Source: Thermoanaerobaculia bacterium (GTDB lineage: Bacteria; Acidobacteriota; Thermoanaerobaculia; Multivoradales; Multivoraceae). Taken from it: a DNA stretch of 64,000 nt. The position numbers and the translations under genes were made by a program. The notes under the pieces are model-generated. The model was not told where the DNA came from, did not search any database, and saw only the letters and a list, made by a program, of their open reading frames with translations. Of this stretch, positions 61,516 to 64,000 are shown one piece after another. The stretch spans positions 864,001 to 928,000 of the forward strand of contig OY762911.1 in assembly GCA_963666565.1 (NCBI GenBank). Direction: 5' to 3'. Position 1 is the stretch's first letter, and each line of letters opens with the position of its first letter.

Positions 61516-62547
61516 TCAGGCCGCCAGCTCGTCGAGCTGCCGGTCGAAGAAGTCCTCGACGGCGACGAGGAACTTCTCCACCGTGTCGAGCTGCTGGATC
61601 CGCTGGCGCAGGCGCTTGCCGTTCGGCAGGCCGTAGGTGTACCAGCCGGTGAACTTGCGCAGCTTGTGCAGGGCGAAGCGGCTCGCTTCGCGCTCCGCCA
61701 CCATGTGGAAGTGGCCCAGGATCAGGTCGCGCCGGTCGAGCAGGGTCGGCTGCGGCGCCTCCGTGCCGAGCAGGTGGCTCCGGATCTGGTGGAAGATCCA
61801 CGGGTTGCGGGTGGCGCCGCGGCCCACCATGACGCCGTCGCAGCCGGTCTGCCGGAGCAGCCGCTCGGCGTCCTCGGGCGCAACGATGTCGCCGTTGCCG
61901 ATAACCGGAATGGACAGGGCCTCCTTCAGCCGGGCCAGGTGGGACCAGTCCGCCTCGCCGCGGAACATCTGCTTCGCGGTCCGGGCGTGCATCGTGACGG
62001 CGTCGACGCCGAGGTCTTCGCACAGGCGCCCCAGGTCCAGGTAGTTGGTTCGCTCGTGGTTCAGGCCGAGACGGAACTTCACGGTCAGCGGAATCCGGAT
62101 TCGGTTCCGCACCTCGCGGACGATGCTTCCGGCCAGGTCGAGGTCGCCCATCAGCGCGGCGCCGGCGCAGCCCTTCAGCACCTTGTTGGCCGGACAGCCC
62201 ATGTTGATGTCGCAGACGTCCGGGCCGAGCTCCTCGACGATCTCGGCGGCTTCGGCCATCGTCTCCACGTCCGAGCCGTAGATCTGGATCGCCAGCGGCC
62301 GCTCCTCCTCGGCGAAGTACATGAGGTCCCGCGTGTGGCGGTTGCCGTCGACGATCGCCCGCGACGAGATGAACTCCATCGACACCAGGCCGACGCCGCC
62401 GATGCGGCGGACGATCAGCCGGAAGTCCCGGTCCGTCACCCCGGCCATCGGCGCCAGGAACAGGGGCGGATCGATCGTCACGGCGCGGTCGCCCCCGCCG
62501 AGGACCATCGGCTCGAGCGCGGGCATCGCTGGCGCGGACGCGGTCAT
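61516..62547 (-). CDS. dusB: tRNA dihydrouridine synthase
   Basis: LAPMAGVTD, QIYG, DINMGCP, TVKFRLG, HART, IGNGDI, GVMVGRG. Confidence 0.93.
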   Translation of the reverse strand: MTASAPAMPALEPMVLGGGDRAVTIDPPLFLAPMAGVTDRDFRLIVRRIGGVGLVSMEFISSRAIVDGNRHTRDLMYFAEEERPLAIQIYGSDVETMAEAAEIVEELGPDVCDINMGCPANKVLKGCAGAALMGDLDLAGSIVREVRNRIRIPLTVKFRLGLNHERTNYLDLGRLCEDLGVDAVTMHARTAKQMFRGEADWSHLARLKEALSIPVIGNGDIVAPEDAERLLRQTGCDGVMVGRGATRNPWIFHQIRSHLLGTEAPQPTLLDRRDLILGHFHMVAEREASRFALHKLRKFTGWYTYGLPNGKRLRQRIQQLDTVEKFLVAVEDFFDRQLDELAA

Positions 62548-62597
62548 GCCGCCGATTCTACGCCTCGAACGCCCAAGGCGGGCTAGGATCTCCCGCC

Positions 62598-64000
62598 GTG
62601 CCGAAACGCCCCGCGAGCGCCGTGTCCAGCGGCCCCGACCTCTGCGCCTGCGGGCTGCTCGGCGATCTGCCGAGGCGGTTCCTCGACGGCCGGGACCTCG
62701 ACCTGCTCGATCCTCTGCGGTTCGTGCTGCCCGGCGACGAGGACCGGGTGGCGGCGCCGCCGGGCCCGGCGCCCGACCGCGCGCCCGTCGCCGCCGCCCT
62801 TGCCGAGGCGAACGAGCGCTACGGCCACCCGGATGCCGCCGCCCTGGCCGAGGCCCTCGCGGACCCCGAGACCCTGGTCGTCATCACGGGCCAGCAGTGC
62901 GGCCTGGGCGCCGGACCGCTGTTCACGCTGACGAAGGCCGCGGCCTGCGTCCGGTGGGCCGAGGAACTGACGCGCCGGGGCCGCCGCGCCGTGCCCCTGT
63001 TCTGGATGGCGTCCGAGGACCACGACTACGCCGAGGTGGCTCGCGGCCATTTCCCGCCCGCCGGCGCCGAGGCGCTCACCCTGGGCGAGGATCCGGCGCC
63101 ACTCGTGCCGGTCGGCGGTCGGAATCTCGGCCCGGAGGCCGCGGACCTGCTGGCCAGGGTCCGGGACGCGGCGCCGAACGACGACTACCGCCGGCGCCTG
63201 GACGACTGCCGCGACGATCTGCGCCCCGAGCGCTGCTTCACGGAGTCCTTCGCGCGGCTCATGGCGCGCTTTCTCGGCGAGCGCTGCCCGCTGCTCGTCG
63301 ACTCCCAGTTGCCGGCGCTCAAGGCCGCTTCCGCGCCGGCGCTGCGCCGGCTGATCGAACGCCGCCGCGAAGTCGACGAGGCGCTCGCGGCGGCGGCGGC
63401 GGAACTCGAGCGGCGCGGCGTGCGGCTGCAGGTCCGGTCGCGCCGGGGGGAAGCGCCGCTGTTCCTGATCGACGATGCCGGCGAACGCCGCCGGGTGGTG
63501 TGGACCGGAAACGGCGGCTTCGAGCTGCGCGGCGGCGCCGCCGGTGACGTCGACGCGCTGCTCGACGGCCTCGACCGGCATCCGGCGTCCCTGAGTCCGG
63601 GTGTCCTGGCTCGCCCCGTGGTCCAGGACGCCGCGTTCGGCACCGCGCTGATGATCCTCGGTCCCGGCGAACTCGCCTACATGACCCAGGCGCGCGCCCT
63701 CTACGACGAACTCGGCGTGGCGGCGCCGGCGATCGTCCTCCGGCCCCAGGTCCTCCTGCTCGGCGCCCGCGAGCGCCGTTGGCTGGACGGGCTGGAGGCG
63801 GAGGGAGTCGACCTGGCCGCCGTGCTCTCGGGACCGGACGAACTCGACCGCCTCCTCGCCTCGCGCCAGGGTCTCGACTTCCTCGGCGCCGCCAGCGAGA
63901 AGATCGACGCGGCGATCGACGATCTGGCGGCGGGTCCCGCCGCGGTCGACCGGACCCTGGGGTCCGCGTTGGAGAAGACCGGGGCGAACCTCAAGCGGAC
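62598..64000 (+). CDS. bshC: Bacillithiol biosynthesis cysteine-adding enzyme BshC (partial, runs off the window)
   Basis: Open frame absent from the ORF track because its stop is outside the window: VITGQQ.GL..GPLFTL.KA, PLFWMASEDHD..E, SPGVLARPVVQD, GPGELAY..Q. Confidence 0.9.
   Translation, partial: MPKRPASAVSSGPDLCACGLLGDLPRRFLDGRDLDLLDPLRFVLPGDEDRVAAPPGPAPDRAPVAAALAEANERYGHPDAAALAEALADPETLVVITGQQCGLGAGPLFTLTKAAACVRWAEELTRRGRRAVPLFWMASEDHDYAEVARGHFPPAGAEALTLGEDPAPLVPVGGRNLGPEAADLLARVRDAAPNDDYRRRLDDCRDDLRPERCFTESFARLMARFLGERCPLLVDSQLPALKAASAPALRRLIERRREVDEALAAAAAELERRGVRLQVRSRRGEAPLFLIDDAGERRRVVWTGNGGFELRGGAAGDVDALLDGLDRHPASLSPGVLARPVVQDAAFGTALMILGPGELAYMTQARALYDELGVAAPAIVLRPQVLLLGARERRWLDGLEAEGVDLAAVLSGPDELDRLLASRQGLDFLGAASEKIDAAIDDLAAGPAAVDRTLGSALEKTGANLKR

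Overview
High-GC bacterial chromosome segment spanning the replication-origin region. The gene complement (bshC, parAB-bactofilin, divergent DnaA domain IV, thrA-asd-thrB-thrC) suggests Acidobacteriota; this is an inference. The coding content is almost all housekeeping: rng-rodA-pbp2-mreDCB, ppiD-ruvA-ruvB, the thr operon, tal-gyrA-gyrB-dnaN-dnaA, mutY with two aminotransferases, recR-ybaB-dnaX-ffs, tadA with two tRNA-Ser, rpmH-rnpA-yidD-yidC-jag, parS-rsmG-parAB-bactofilin, pyrKDF, two lepB, comEA-fimT, mtnA, tmRNA, a penicillin acylase, vapBC, dusB and a partial bshC. No CRISPR array, integrase or transposase is visible. The novelty is non-coding: (1) six copies of a 183-187 bp structured element whose ~33 bp closing stem diverges by compensatory changes while internal CGCT motifs and the ACCCG/TGGACG boundaries stay fixed; (2) two near-identical inverted copies of it bracketing ruvB; (3) two further REP-like hairpin families; (4) short tandem duplications of stop/start junctions that create relay mini-ORFs (thrB-thrC, pyrD-pyrF); (5) a recurring TANNNT-(6-9 nt)-start signature of leaderless transcription; (6) a sigma54-like promoter with twin palindromes ahead of comEA-fimT. 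Start codons were re-picked by eye where the ORF track over-extends.
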